DNA of 46,858 nt from an uncultured Porphyromonadaceae bacterium (GTDB taxonomy: Bacteria; Bacteroidota; Bacteroidia; Bacteroidales; UBA12481): assembly GCA_964444375.1 (NCBI GenBank), contig CAYUGX010000003.1, positions 1 through 46,858 of the forward strand, read 5' to 3'. The translations under genes were made by a program, and so were the position numbers. Under the pieces are notes generated by a model, which was given only the letters and a program-made list of their open reading frames with translations, searched no databases and was not told the origin of the DNA. Of the stretch, positions 9,601 to 18,281 are shown piece by piece (position 1 is the stretch's first letter; the number at the start of each line of letters is the position of its first letter).

Positions 9601-10797
9601 CCTGGCTATGACTACGACGTCATTAACAGTGATGTAATTCTACATAGAATGTCCGTTAAAGAAGGTAAGATCTTCCTACCGGATGGTCTCAATTACCGGG
9701 TAATGGTACTTCCAGATCAAAATCACATGCCCCTGGCCGTTCTCAAGAAACTTGAACAATTGGTCTCAGCAGGTGCAACCATCATTGGCCAAAAACCCTA
9801 TATGGTTCCCTACCTGAATGATCATGATGAAGATACTCAAGCACTGATCAAACTGGCCAACCTCATGTGGAGTGATGAGAAGAAAATCAATCATTATGGC
9901 AAAGGACGCGTGATCAGCGGAATGTCTATCAGAGAAGTTTTGCAGGCAGATGGTCAGATCCCAGATTTCAGTTATAACAAGCCCGGACATCTCGATTACA
10001 TTCACCGTAATACAGATGATGCTGACATCTATTTCATCCGCAACAAAGGGGATAATACCTACATGGGAACTGGCATCTTCAGGGTGACCGACAAAAATCC
10101 CGAGCTCTGGGATCCCGCATCCGGTAGGCAATTAAAAATAGAAAACTACAAAACTATTGGAGCCTCCACCGTTTTAAATCTGGATTTAGCACCCGGAGGT
10201 TCTGCATTTGTGGTCTTCCATTCAGGTAAAAGAAAGCTCGATATTGCAAATGAATCCAGTCATTCGGGCCATGTAATAGCCACTTTAGACAAAAACTGGC
10301 TAGTAAGCTTTCCTACCGGATGGGGTGCACCTGAATCGACAAGATTTAAGAAACTGAAATCATGGACAGAAGCGGATGATCCAGGCATTCGATATTTCTC
10401 AGGTACAGGTAGCTATACTAAAAGCTTCAAGATGCGCAAAGCTGACCTGGAGGGATCACAAATTCACCTGGATCTGGGCCAGGTGGCTGATGTAGCTGAA
10501 GTGATGGTGAACGGACAATCAGCCGGAATTCTCTGGAAGCCACCTTATACGGTGAATGTAACACCCTGGGTGAAGGCCGGAAAAAATGAACTTACAATCG
10601 AAGTAGTAAATCAATGGGTCAATCGTCTTACCGGGGATATGCTTGCTGAGCCAGCAGATCGCTTTTGCAAAACCAATATGCCCTATATCACCAGCGATGA
10701 TTTCGGGGTAGATAACTGGGCTGAGGGCGGTGATGAAACATACCGGGTGAAAACCTCCGGCCTGCTAGGACCGGTAGTAGTAAAAAAAATCAAGTAA
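6667..10797 (+). CDS. Secreted two-part protein: N-terminal ~480-aa domain of unrecognised function fused to a GH106-like (alpha-L-rhamnosidase-type) glycoside hydrolase with a C-terminal galactose-binding-like domain
   Basis: 1376-aa ORF with signal peptide MNLYCRIIVFALVIIGLVNQTALGQ. From about nt 8104 it carries segments typical of GH106-like Bacteroidota hydrolases: LYRPGAFWCWLNGNQTKEAITRDLNEMSEKGMGRAEIWD, DSMELAEGIPWTDDMPAIFKKQRGYELTRYLP, and the C-terminal YFSGTGSYTKSF...VMVNGQSAG...ELTIEVVNQWVNRLTGD. The family assignment is recalled, not searched. Confidence 0.55.
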   Translation: MNLYCRIIVFALVIIGLVNQTALGQVLGGRYFTFATVVRVNQIETSRTGMHGADESGIHSPVEAKLFRETVEKAWPGARITWAFSWQALKDQRPNYLGIKELVVQYHHQYGDEITFLPGGYFANMYNTREQVNKDLHEGLQMVSEMVGDGYRPQAVIAGFLSAENLRYLAEEEDIHVCQGNIWSQYAIDNGDGEGSICYPYYPSLEHFCKPAQGEDDFIDCVNLDGWTIDFLNGIYPGGRRINGEWCGSRQGVGPIETVIRLGTERGTKEMLHVTAAHFDKGFELNKFGWITCTWELGLVEGRKIWGYNGRNGLDGMIIWLSELRRRWPDAQCITHGEFGLLWRDQFKNNDELNYQFVQRGSGVCGSDPDKEIRWFMNKDFRAALHRDWRNNEAEKLIDFTRYDIPAQEPDDPTPGQHSRNWSLMNRLNQKGTRPQDQPMDIQNLLPDEKEVVKKWYPDLIKEDPVIEELSKEFNDPDKLYRPGAFWCWLNGNQTKEAITRDLNEMSEKGMGRAEIWDVAAIYNEDDYIPAGPAFFSDSSLVLIKHALDEGQKRGMKIGMVGSSGWNAGGTWVEPEWASKQLYFSSTKVQGPFKKSIELPFPEVPEQCPKGPNGLPVFHKEVAVMAIPVHNEKKINSIDDIVLISTDHPGGKVEVNLPAGDWEILRFICSNNGQMLIVPSPKSKGLFIDFLDPESTKKHLGYFMKRLGYKPGVTKKGGLAYVEFDSMELAEGIPWTDDMPAIFKKQRGYELTRYLPILTGWDIDEIAEHFLYDWKKTVSDQLIYSHYISGREFLNQYGIELVAEAGGPGPPVWATCPVDALKALGNVNRPRGEFWIQHRDIYLVKEVASAAHIYGRKVVDAESFTTWRRWKDSPFDLKKSVDRAFCEGLNFVTFHTFASTSPEDGLPGRTYHAGSDINHANTWWNKSGPFMDYLSRCSYLLQQGRFVADACYYYGDQAPNFWPAHHEVPEKIIPNDLGPGYDYDVINSDVILHRMSVKEGKIFLPDGLNYRVMVLPDQNHMPLAVLKKLEQLVSAGATIIGQKPYMVPYLNDHDEDTQALIKLANLMWSDEKKINHYGKGRVISGMSIREVLQADGQIPDFSYNKPGHLDYIHRNTDDADIYFIRNKGDNTYMGTGIFRVTDKNPELWDPASGRQLKIENYKTIGASTVLNLDLAPGGSAFVVFHSGKRKLDIANESSHSGHVIATLDKNWLVSFPTGWGAPESTRFKKLKSWTEADDPGIRYFSGTGSYTKSFKMRKADLEGSQIHLDLGQVADVAEVMVNGQSAGILWKPPYTVNVTPWVKAGKNELTIEVVNQWVNRLTGDMLAEPADRFCKTNMPYITSDDFGVDNWAEGGDETYRVKTSGLLGPVVVKKIK

Positions 10798-10821
10798 AAA
10801 CAGGATTAAGGATAATTCAAG

Positions 10822-11448
10822 ATGAAAAGAAAAGCAATCGTTTTTGGTGCAACCGGGAAAACCGGAGTTCATATCTGCGATCAATTGGCGGCTCAGAAAA
10901 TTCAATATGCAATCTTCGCTAGATCTGAATCAGCAGGAAAGGTCTCCAAAGACCAAAAAACAATCCTCACCGGAGACGTAATGAATCCCAGCGATGTAAA
11001 AGATGCTGTATCATCAGATGAATATTCAGACGTGATCATCGCACTCGGAAGTAAAGCACTGAGGGGATCCACCATACGATCTAAAGGAACCGAGAACATC
11101 ATTGCCGCAGTCAAAGAAGCTGATATTTCAGCGACTATACATGTAATCAGTGCGTTGGGTGTGGGTGAAAGTTGGGACCAACTCAAATGGCATGCAAAGT
11201 TGTTGTCGAACCTTCTATTGAAAAGCGTTATGAACGATCATGCTATTCAGGAAAAAATGGTCATTGACAGTCAGCTAAAGTTCCATATCATCAGACCGGT
11301 TGGTTTGAAAGACGGGGAAGCAACAGATACGGTTCACGTTCAAGAGAAAGGATATCTTCCCAAAGAATACATCCAAAGAGCAGATGTGGCAAAATATCTG
11401 ATCGACAGCTTGCTTGAAAACAAAGAAGGCTTCAGCTCAATCTGCTAG
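10822..11448 (+). CDS. NAD(P)H-binding protein, atypical SDR (NmrA / BVR-B-like)
   Basis: 208 aa with the N-terminal Rossmann motif KAIVFGATGKTGVHI and no signal peptide. It starts 24 nt downstream of the GH106-like gene. Confidence 0.6.
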   Translation: MKRKAIVFGATGKTGVHICDQLAAQKIQYAIFARSESAGKVSKDQKTILTGDVMNPSDVKDAVSSDEYSDVIIALGSKALRGSTIRSKGTENIIAAVKEADISATIHVISALGVGESWDQLKWHAKLLSNLLLKSVMNDHAIQEKMVIDSQLKFHIIRPVGLKDGEATDTVHVQEKGYLPKEYIQRADVAKYLIDSLLENKEGFSSIC

Positions 11449-11460
11449 CTTTAGACTTGT

Positions 11461-13275
11461 TTATAATGAAAGAACATATACCATCAGATTGTTGAGATCT
11501 CTACTTGACAACTTACTGGTTCTTCCATGGGCATCATCATGATTGAATTCAGTAAAAACAGCTTTCATGGTCTTTGCCCGGCCATCATAAAGATATGGAG
11601 CTGTGCGCCAAACTTCATTCAAGGCAGGTACATCAAACTTGTCGTTTTCATGGGGTGGAAGACCGGTTCCTACATCGTATTTGAGGCCATCGGTGTAAAA
11701 GGGTCCAGAATGACAATCGGCACAACCCACCCTTCGAAAAACCTTTCGTCCACGTAGGGCTGCCTTGGATAATTTGCCATCATGTAAATACGGACTGGGA
11801 ACGGGCCGCAACGACTTCAAATAGACATCAATAGCCTGGGCCTGGGCTTCGTGATATTGGGTGAACAGAATATACTTAATTCCTGACCGCACAGCAATTT
11901 CAGCACTGTCACGAACACCTGTGATCATCACAGGAGGAGTAAAGTGCGTAAAAAGCATGCTTTTCACGTTCTTGGGGTTCCCCATCCCATCATTCAACAA
12001 ATCCCAATTGAGCCCGTCAGCTCTGGCATCCGGGTGACAGCTAATGCAAGATTGCCATTTTTGAAAACACAAATCTGCATCGCAAAACAATAGTTCTCCC
12101 TGCCGGGCTTTTGACATTTCAGGCTCTTGGCCTAGTTCAATCTTCACTTGCTTATCTGGCTGTTCAAGGTCGGTTATAACCACCAGATGAGGAGAAAAAT
12201 AGCAACTTACCAGGATTTGCTTACCAAAACTTTGTACGTGACGAGGGGATTTCGCCTGTGTTGAAATTCTTTTCTTGATACCATGAAGAAACTGGAAATT
12301 ATACGGTACTTCATTGATTTCCTGAGCGCTGCTGCCATCGATACGAGCATGAAGTTTGTCCAGATCAATCACCGCTAACTCATGCACACCCGATAAAGCA
12401 ACCAGCAATGTATCACCCTCTGGTGATAAACACATACCTGATGGATTAGCCGCTCCTCGGTCGAAATCATCGAGCAGAAAGGTTGTGATAAAAGCCTTGT
12501 TATCTGTATCCAGAACAGACACCGCATTGCAGTTAATCCAGCCATGCTCAATCTGTGTAGTTGGCAAGGTGTTCCTTGACAATATATGCGAAGCGTACAG
12601 GTATCGGCCATCTCGTGAAAAGACAAGGTCCCGGATAGAATGGCTTCCATTGGTTAAAACTACGGTCTCCACCACCTGCAGAGTTTCACTATCAATGAGA
12701 CTGATCGTTGCCGAAACGAAAGTATCGTTCGCGGCACCATCCGGCAGGGAATTAGCCACCCCAACCAATTGACCGGATGGTGAAATCGCAATAGCACTGG
12801 GTTCACGACCAACAGGCACTTCTTCAATGAGTTCAAGGCTTCGGGTATCAATAACAGATAGGCTGTTTGAAAAGCGATTTCCAACATACAGGCGATAATC
12901 TGATGGTGAAATCGCCATGGCTTCAGGGCTGTGTCCGACCCGAATACTGCGAATTATTTCACGGGTTTCAAGAGATATCGCATGTACAGATCCTGCCGGT
13001 TTTCCATCCGTAACGTAGAGAATCCCAGCATCTGGTCCAACAACAGTCTCACCCGGATTAAAAGGGAGAGGTATGTACCCTCCAAATTCACCTTTTGCTG
13101 CATTGACCACAGCAATTTTTCTCGCGGTTGATAGGCTGACATAACATTGCTGTGACGCAGGATTTTCACTAATATAGGTAGGTGACAGATAAGGTTGCTC
13201 CTCTGAAACCGGGCCGGCTTTAGGAAGAAAGGAGAGCCCTGAGATTATACAAAATAGTAATAAAACCCTCTTCAT
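11461..13275 (-). CDS. Periplasmic YVTN-type beta-propeller fused to a di-haem cytochrome c peroxidase / MauG-like domain
   Basis: 604 aa with signal peptide MKRVLLLFCIISGLSFL. There are repeated propeller strands (LYVTDG, LYVGNRFSNSLSVID, VGVANS, LLVALSG). Two CXXCH haem motifs are present (CISCH, CADCH), in CCP-type context (GELLFCDADL...SCISCH; VPALNEVWRTAPYLYDGRAKTM). Its ATG overlaps the upstream stop in TAATG at 13273-13277. Confidence 0.7.
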   Translation of the reverse strand: MKRVLLLFCIISGLSFLPKAGPVSEEQPYLSPTYISENPASQQCYVSLSTARKIAVVNAAKGEFGGYIPLPFNPGETVVGPDAGILYVTDGKPAGSVHAISLETREIIRSIRVGHSPEAMAISPSDYRLYVGNRFSNSLSVIDTRSLELIEEVPVGREPSAIAISPSGQLVGVANSLPDGAANDTFVSATISLIDSETLQVVETVVLTNGSHSIRDLVFSRDGRYLYASHILSRNTLPTTQIEHGWINCNAVSVLDTDNKAFITTFLLDDFDRGAANPSGMCLSPEGDTLLVALSGVHELAVIDLDKLHARIDGSSAQEINEVPYNFQFLHGIKKRISTQAKSPRHVQSFGKQILVSCYFSPHLVVITDLEQPDKQVKIELGQEPEMSKARQGELLFCDADLCFQKWQSCISCHPDARADGLNWDLLNDGMGNPKNVKSMLFTHFTPPVMITGVRDSAEIAVRSGIKYILFTQYHEAQAQAIDVYLKSLRPVPSPYLHDGKLSKAALRGRKVFRRVGCADCHSGPFYTDGLKYDVGTGLPPHENDKFDVPALNEVWRTAPYLYDGRAKTMKAVFTEFNHDDAHGRTSKLSSRDLNNLMVYVLSL

Positions 13276-15632
13276 TACTGCATCTCAATCATGTCTATCC
13301 GTGGAAGAATAGCTAAAACTTTTTGTAGCTCATCAAAAGTACTCATCAGCATTTGGTAGTCTGGATCTTGGATACTTTTGAATACTGAACTCTTGCATGT
13401 CCCACTCCCTCCCTGTTCGGGATCTAAAGGAGCCCGCATTATGGGATTCAATTCAGGGTTGTCAATTCGCAAAGCGAACTGATTGGGATAAGAAAAGGCC
13501 GATAGATTATTTGCTTGTTTGTGGCAAGAAACACATCGTCTTTTGGCCAAATCTTCAAAGATAGCTGCAAATCTTTCAGGTATTTGTTGACGACAACCCC
13601 GATTGAGCTGGTAATTTGAATGACTCCCTCCATAATAGGGAACGTTCAGGTCCATCCACATATAAATTCGTAGCCGCTCATCTTCGCTCAGTGAAATCCT
13701 TTGCTCTCCTTGATCATTCGGATGACCCTCTTTAACAATCTTCCCTAATAGAGCGGCTTTTGATCCCCACTCACCTGGTTCAATTCGTAATATATTAGCT
13801 TCCTGTCCATTATAGGTTGGAATCCATTTTGTATACACATTGTTAAACGGAGCTACCGTACCACCCATGAGAAAGTCTTCTGCAGGTGTTTTCCGTCTGA
13901 CCAGATTCTCATAAGCGACATTAAAGAAGTCGGTTTTATCGCCACTTAATTCAAGATTTCCTGCCGGGTTATCTCGACCGTGACAGCGAACACAGTGCTG
14001 ATCAAAAATGGGTTGTACCAGGTGAGGAAAACTAAACCCACTAACTCCCCAGCTTGGCTTTTCAAGATTTTCTGCTTCCCGGGTCAAAGCCATAGGTGTT
14101 TTTCTTGCAGAACTTGCAACGTAATTGCGGTCGGCATGGCACCCTACACAACCCTGCACTTCTCCTGGCATCAAGTGGGTGAAAGTCCGCATTCGTTGAA
14201 AGGTCATCCCCTCATCATCAAGTGGTAAAAAGTATATGGGCTGACGGGCTGGTACCTTAAAACGAGCCGATCCATCTGCTTCAACCGTGGCAAATCCCCA
14301 TACCTTTTTAGGCGCATAGGTGGCACCTGAGCTAACGACTGGAAACTGGAATCCAAAAGCCCGCAGGTCAGGACTTATACTCAAAGGCTTCTCCATCTCC
14401 TGAATGATGGCCAGTTTCTTGATTGAACCTCGTTCCACCGACTCTGGAAGTCCATTGTAAACGTCCATCATCTGAATTTCGGCCCATTCTTCTTCACCTT
14501 CCAAACTGAGATCATGATTAGTGGGCAAAGAGGAGCTCATGAGTCTTTCCCGTGGACGTTTACGAATAGGTTGAGGCGAATAAAACCCCAGACCTTCAAT
14601 GCCTTGACCGGCAATCAACTCAGTCTGAGCCGAATTAGTATAGCTACGCAATTCAACACTTCCGTCTTTTGAGACCAGGTAATGGCTCCCATCCAATGGG
14701 AAAGGATTAACATAGGGTCCTACAATATCATTCCCATCGCCTTGATCAATTGGCCTGACCCTCACCTCAGGAGTAATATTTGTGATGGCTTCCTGGGCAT
14801 TTCCGCCAGCACCGGGGTCAATGATGCCAATGGCACCATGACAATGTCGATTGTGGGCGGTTAATACGCATAGAATCTTTCCATTGGATTCGGGAATCTC
14901 TCGTGCATCCATGAACGTAGCTGGTGACAAAACCCGGTTACCAAACACCCCGGCAAGCTTAGTGCCATCTGGGTTAATTGACCAAAGACTTTGAATCGGA
15001 ATGGCTGGTCGGTCGACATACTCCCAACGAGAATATAGAATCCGACCATCCTGCATCACCGAAGGGGTAAAATCATTCAGGTAATTGGCGCTTAAACGAA
15101 TTTGATTCAATCCATCATCATCACACTTGTATAATATTGGCGTGGTGGTGCTCCAACAATAGGCAAAGGCCGGTTTGCGATCCGACAAGAAAGCAATCTG
15201 ATCATTGGGCAGCCAGCACGCATTAAAATTGTTAGACGGATGGTTAGTGATTTGCGTCAGATTAGCACCATCAATATCAATTGTATAAAGTTGAAAATAG
15301 CCTGTCATCTCTCTTTTCCAGCTAAACAATACCGTTTGACCATCATAGTGCAGATTGGCGTCAAGAATTAGCCCCTTTTGGCTGTCAAGCAGCTTCACAA
15401 TCTCTTTGCTGGTCAAATCGTAGCAATACAGTCCTCCCCCGGGTTTGTTGTCCTCTTCGTGATAAGTATACACATGAGACGACCGTATGGCATGGCGTTC
15501 AACGAGCAGGATTTTTGTGAAATCAAGTGGTTCATTTGCCGGGTCATCCGTAGCTTGCGTTCGGTTGTCAGAAAAAGACCCAGCCAGAGAAAGAACCACA
15601 ATTCCCAAAATGAAAGTCAAGGTTGTTTTCAT
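13275..15632 (-). CDS. Periplasmic HzsA-related protein: PD40/TolB-like beta-propeller plus tri-haem c-type cytochrome region
   Basis: 785 aa with signal peptide MKTTLTFILGIVVLSLAGS. It has PD40-like propeller repeats and the segment DGRILYSRWEYVDRPAIPIQSLWSINPDGT, which I recall as typical of HzsA-related proteins. Three CXXCH motifs are present (CVGCH, CVRCH followed by NPAGNLELSGD, CVSCH). Confidence 0.6.
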   Translation of the reverse strand: MKTTLTFILGIVVLSLAGSFSDNRTQATDDPANEPLDFTKILLVERHAIRSSHVYTYHEEDNKPGGGLYCYDLTSKEIVKLLDSQKGLILDANLHYDGQTVLFSWKREMTGYFQLYTIDIDGANLTQITNHPSNNFNACWLPNDQIAFLSDRKPAFAYCWSTTTPILYKCDDDGLNQIRLSANYLNDFTPSVMQDGRILYSRWEYVDRPAIPIQSLWSINPDGTKLAGVFGNRVLSPATFMDAREIPESNGKILCVLTAHNRHCHGAIGIIDPGAGGNAQEAITNITPEVRVRPIDQGDGNDIVGPYVNPFPLDGSHYLVSKDGSVELRSYTNSAQTELIAGQGIEGLGFYSPQPIRKRPRERLMSSSLPTNHDLSLEGEEEWAEIQMMDVYNGLPESVERGSIKKLAIIQEMEKPLSISPDLRAFGFQFPVVSSGATYAPKKVWGFATVEADGSARFKVPARQPIYFLPLDDEGMTFQRMRTFTHLMPGEVQGCVGCHADRNYVASSARKTPMALTREAENLEKPSWGVSGFSFPHLVQPIFDQHCVRCHGRDNPAGNLELSGDKTDFFNVAYENLVRRKTPAEDFLMGGTVAPFNNVYTKWIPTYNGQEANILRIEPGEWGSKAALLGKIVKEGHPNDQGEQRISLSEDERLRIYMWMDLNVPYYGGSHSNYQLNRGCRQQIPERFAAIFEDLAKRRCVSCHKQANNLSAFSYPNQFALRIDNPELNPIMRAPLDPEQGGSGTCKSSVFKSIQDPDYQMLMSTFDELQKVLAILPRIDMIEMQ

Positions 15633-15796
15633 AGGACACAGTTTATGTCATGATCGTAAATTACTAAGGTAGAGGATAATTTCCTAAATGTTTATGTCCT
15701 ATTTTTTCCTGTAATTCCAATATCTTCAGTTATATGAAACAGGATCAGCATAATCTAATTAACTTTATGATTTTGTATCCTAATACCCGCAATACC

Positions 15797-17158
15797 ATGA
15801 AAGTCTTGAAAACAGCTATTCTTATCCTAGTTTGCCCCTTGCTTTTATCCTGCAATCCAAAAATTGATGAAAAACGGCAGTGGCCTTCGTATCGAGGCTA
15901 CTACTCAACAGGGTATTTAGATAATACCAACCTACCGGATCAATGGGATGTTGAAACCGGTGAAAATATCAAATGGGAAGTGGATGTTCCAGGCCTGGCC
16001 CTTTCTTGCCCGGTAGTCTGGGGTGATAAACTGTTTATTACAAGCGCAATCAGTGATTCTGATAATGAAATACTACGAGCCGGAAGCTATGTATCGTCAA
16101 ACCCGGTGGAAGACGAGTCAGTTCACGATTTTATGGTATACTGCTTTGATCGAAATTCGGGCGATAAACTCTGGGAAAGAACGGCTTACACCGGTATACC
16201 CCAAGTGAAAAGACACCCCAAATCTACCCATGCGAATTGCACCCCAGCGACAGATGGAAAACATGTGATCGCATTTTTTGGGTCTGAAGGTTTGTATTGT
16301 TACACGATGGAAGGTGATCTCCTCTGGAAAAAAGATTTCGGACGACTTCACGCTGGAGCCTGGGCTGAAGGCCGTGAAGATATTGAGTGGGAATTTGGGA
16401 GTTCTCCGCTAATTCATCGGGGAGTGGTGCTCATCCAATGTGATGTGAGATGGGAGTCATTTCTTGGGGCATTTGATATCAAAACAGGAGAAGAACTCTG
16501 GAAGCATCCAAGAAATGAACACCCGGGTTGGTGTACCCCAAATATTTACTCTTTTGAGGGCAAAGATATTGTTGTTATTAATGGCTATAAACACCGGGGT
16601 GCCTATGATTTCGAAACCGGAGAAGAGATCTGGCGAATGTCAGGCGGTGGCGATATTCCAGTTCCTACACCCCAGATTGGAGATAGTTTAATCTTTTTCA
16701 ACAGTGCACACGGCCGGTATTCACCTGTCATGGCAGTGAAAAAAAGTGCCCGAGGCGATATCACACTCGAATCCGGGGAAACAAGCAACGAATTCGTGGA
16801 TTGGAGTTTCTGGCGAGGGGGATCCTATATGCACACTTTATTACTGTACCAGAATCTGCTGTACAATGTGAAATGGAACGGATCCGTGCAATGTCTCGAT
16901 CCGGTCACTGGTAAAACACTCTTTAAAGAAACCCTCGGAACTGCCGATCAGTTTATTGCTTCACCCGTTGCTTCTGATGGAAAAATCTATGTGATCAGCG
17001 ATCTAGGAATGGTATATACCCTAAAAGCAGGCAGTCAATTCGAAATCCTGGCTGAAAATGATCTCAAAGAAATCAGTATGGTCGTTCCGGCACTTACAGA
17101 TGATGCCATTTACTTCAGAACAAAGAGCAAGCTGATTGCTGTCTCATCAACAGAATAA
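15797..17158 (+). CDS. PQQ-like / BamB-like beta-propeller lipoprotein
   Basis: The ORF is listed from 15734. The ATG at 15797 gives the lipoprotein signal MKVLKTAILILVCPLLLSCN. Propeller repeats are of PQQ-enzyme-repeat type (WPSYRG..., GDKLFITSA, GDLLWKKDFG, GEELWKH, GEEIWRM, GKIYVISDLG). Confidence 0.55.
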   Translation: MKVLKTAILILVCPLLLSCNPKIDEKRQWPSYRGYYSTGYLDNTNLPDQWDVETGENIKWEVDVPGLALSCPVVWGDKLFITSAISDSDNEILRAGSYVSSNPVEDESVHDFMVYCFDRNSGDKLWERTAYTGIPQVKRHPKSTHANCTPATDGKHVIAFFGSEGLYCYTMEGDLLWKKDFGRLHAGAWAEGREDIEWEFGSSPLIHRGVVLIQCDVRWESFLGAFDIKTGEELWKHPRNEHPGWCTPNIYSFEGKDIVVINGYKHRGAYDFETGEEIWRMSGGGDIPVPTPQIGDSLIFFNSAHGRYSPVMAVKKSARGDITLESGETSNEFVDWSFWRGGSYMHTLLLYQNLLYNVKWNGSVQCLDPVTGKTLFKETLGTADQFIASPVASDGKIYVISDLGMVYTLKAGSQFEILAENDLKEISMVVPALTDDAIYFRTKSKLIAVSSTE

Positions 17159-17165
17159 ATCAATC

Positions 17166-18281
17166 ATGTACAGGCTTTGTGTATTACTGATCATAGCCCT
17201 GCTGCCCGTCTTGGTATTTGGCCAGGAACTCTCGTTTAGGACAAATAGTCGTACGATTCTTGGTCCATATCAGGAAAAATCAGCGTCCATCAGTTCGGGT
17301 GACATCGATCAGGATGGTGATATTGATCTTGTCGTAGCCAATGGACGGCATTGGCCGGGTCAAAATCGCCTGTTCTTAAACAATGGAAGGGGCCAGTTTA
17401 CGGTGTCAAAACCACTCGGTCTGGAATGTGCAACCAGTTATACTGCCGAATTAGCCGACTTCGATGGCGATGGTGACCTGGATATTGCTGTTGGAAATGA
17501 TAGGGCCCCCAACCGACTTTTCTGGAACGATGGTAACGGTAATTTCACAGGTGGCGAGGCATTCGGTCATCTCAATGCGCCAACCAGAAACATTACGATT
17601 GCAGACCTTGATGCTGATGGAGATGCTGATATCCTGATCACAAACCGAGGAATGGAAAATGAAATCTGCTTGAATAATGGAAAAGGCCGCTTTGATAGGT
17701 GCATGGGATTTGGTAGCAAAGATGATTCTACTATCGATGTAAAAGCTGTTGACCTGAACGGAGACGGACTTCCAGAATTGGTTTTGGCTAATCGGGATGC
17801 ACAGCCCAACGTCATTCTGATCAATAGTACGGGACTCAAATTCTCAAAGCCCGTTCAGTTTGGAACAGGATCCGATAACACCCGGTCTATTGCAGTAGCA
17901 GACTTCAATGCCGATGGTCATATCGATATTGCTACAGCCAATATCGACGAACCAAATAGGATCTATTTCGGAGATGACCAATTCACCTTTTCAAAAAGCG
18001 TTGAATATGATCCTGGATCTTACAAATCTTACGCCCTGGCCTTAGCCGACTTCAACAAAGATGGATCACCAGATTTGGTTGTCGGTAACGCCGGTAGCGG
18101 AAATATGGTATACGTAAATGCCTATAGAGGCCTAGAATGGTATGAAATTCAACTCTCAGACCAGGCGCTATTGACCTATGATATTCTTGCAGTTGACCTC
18201 AATAAAGATCACCTGCCGGATATTATTGAAAGTAATTCTGATGAAATAAATCGCTTCTATCTGAATTTATTCAGAGAATAG
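17166..18281 (+). CDS. Secreted seven-bladed FG-GAP / VCBS-repeat (integrin-alpha-like) beta-propeller protein
   Basis: The ATG at 17166 gives the signal peptide MYRLCVLLIIALLPVLVFGQ (the ORF is listed from 17136). There are seven Ca-binding-type FG-GAP loops: DIDQDGDIDLVVAN, DFDGDGDLDIAVGN, DLDADGDADILITN, DLNGDGLPELVLAN, DFNADGHIDIATAN, DFNKDGSPDLVVGN, DLNKDHLPDIIESN. Confidence 0.7.
   Translation: MYRLCVLLIIALLPVLVFGQELSFRTNSRTILGPYQEKSASISSGDIDQDGDIDLVVANGRHWPGQNRLFLNNGRGQFTVSKPLGLECATSYTAELADFDGDGDLDIAVGNDRAPNRLFWNDGNGNFTGGEAFGHLNAPTRNITIADLDADGDADILITNRGMENEICLNNGKGRFDRCMGFGSKDDSTIDVKAVDLNGDGLPELVLANRDAQPNVILINSTGLKFSKPVQFGTGSDNTRSIAVADFNADGHIDIATANIDEPNRIYFGDDQFTFSKSVEYDPGSYKSYALALADFNKDGSPDLVVGNAGSGNMVYVNAYRGLEWYEIQLSDQALLTYDILAVDLNKDHLPDIIESNSDEINRFYLNLFRE

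Noticed and set aside
12356-12772. 138-aa plus-strand ORF. Similar antisense ORFs occur at 21334..21750, 9766..10131, 9211..9564, 20418..20777, 4691..5029 and 27926..28255.
   Set aside because: Each lies entirely inside, and antisense to, a long CDS with clear family motifs. Their compositions are low-complexity, they have no motifs and no independent start context. They are treated as shadow ORFs.
13275-15632. Calling the HzsA-like gene a genuine hydrazine synthase, implying anammox metabolism.
   Set aside because: The genomic context is that of a glycan-degrading Bacteroidota. No hydrazine dehydrogenase, nitrite reductase or anammoxosome-related genes are visible. The similarity is at the level of domain architecture only. 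It is reported as HZS-like, with function unknown.
18257-18281. 25-nt 3' overlap of the convergent FG-GAP and EFR1 genes, containing the inverted repeat TCTGAAT-TT-ATTCAGA.
   Set aside because: The stem is only 6-7 bp with a minimal loop and lies within both coding regions. It is probably incidental, and there is no basis for calling it a terminator.
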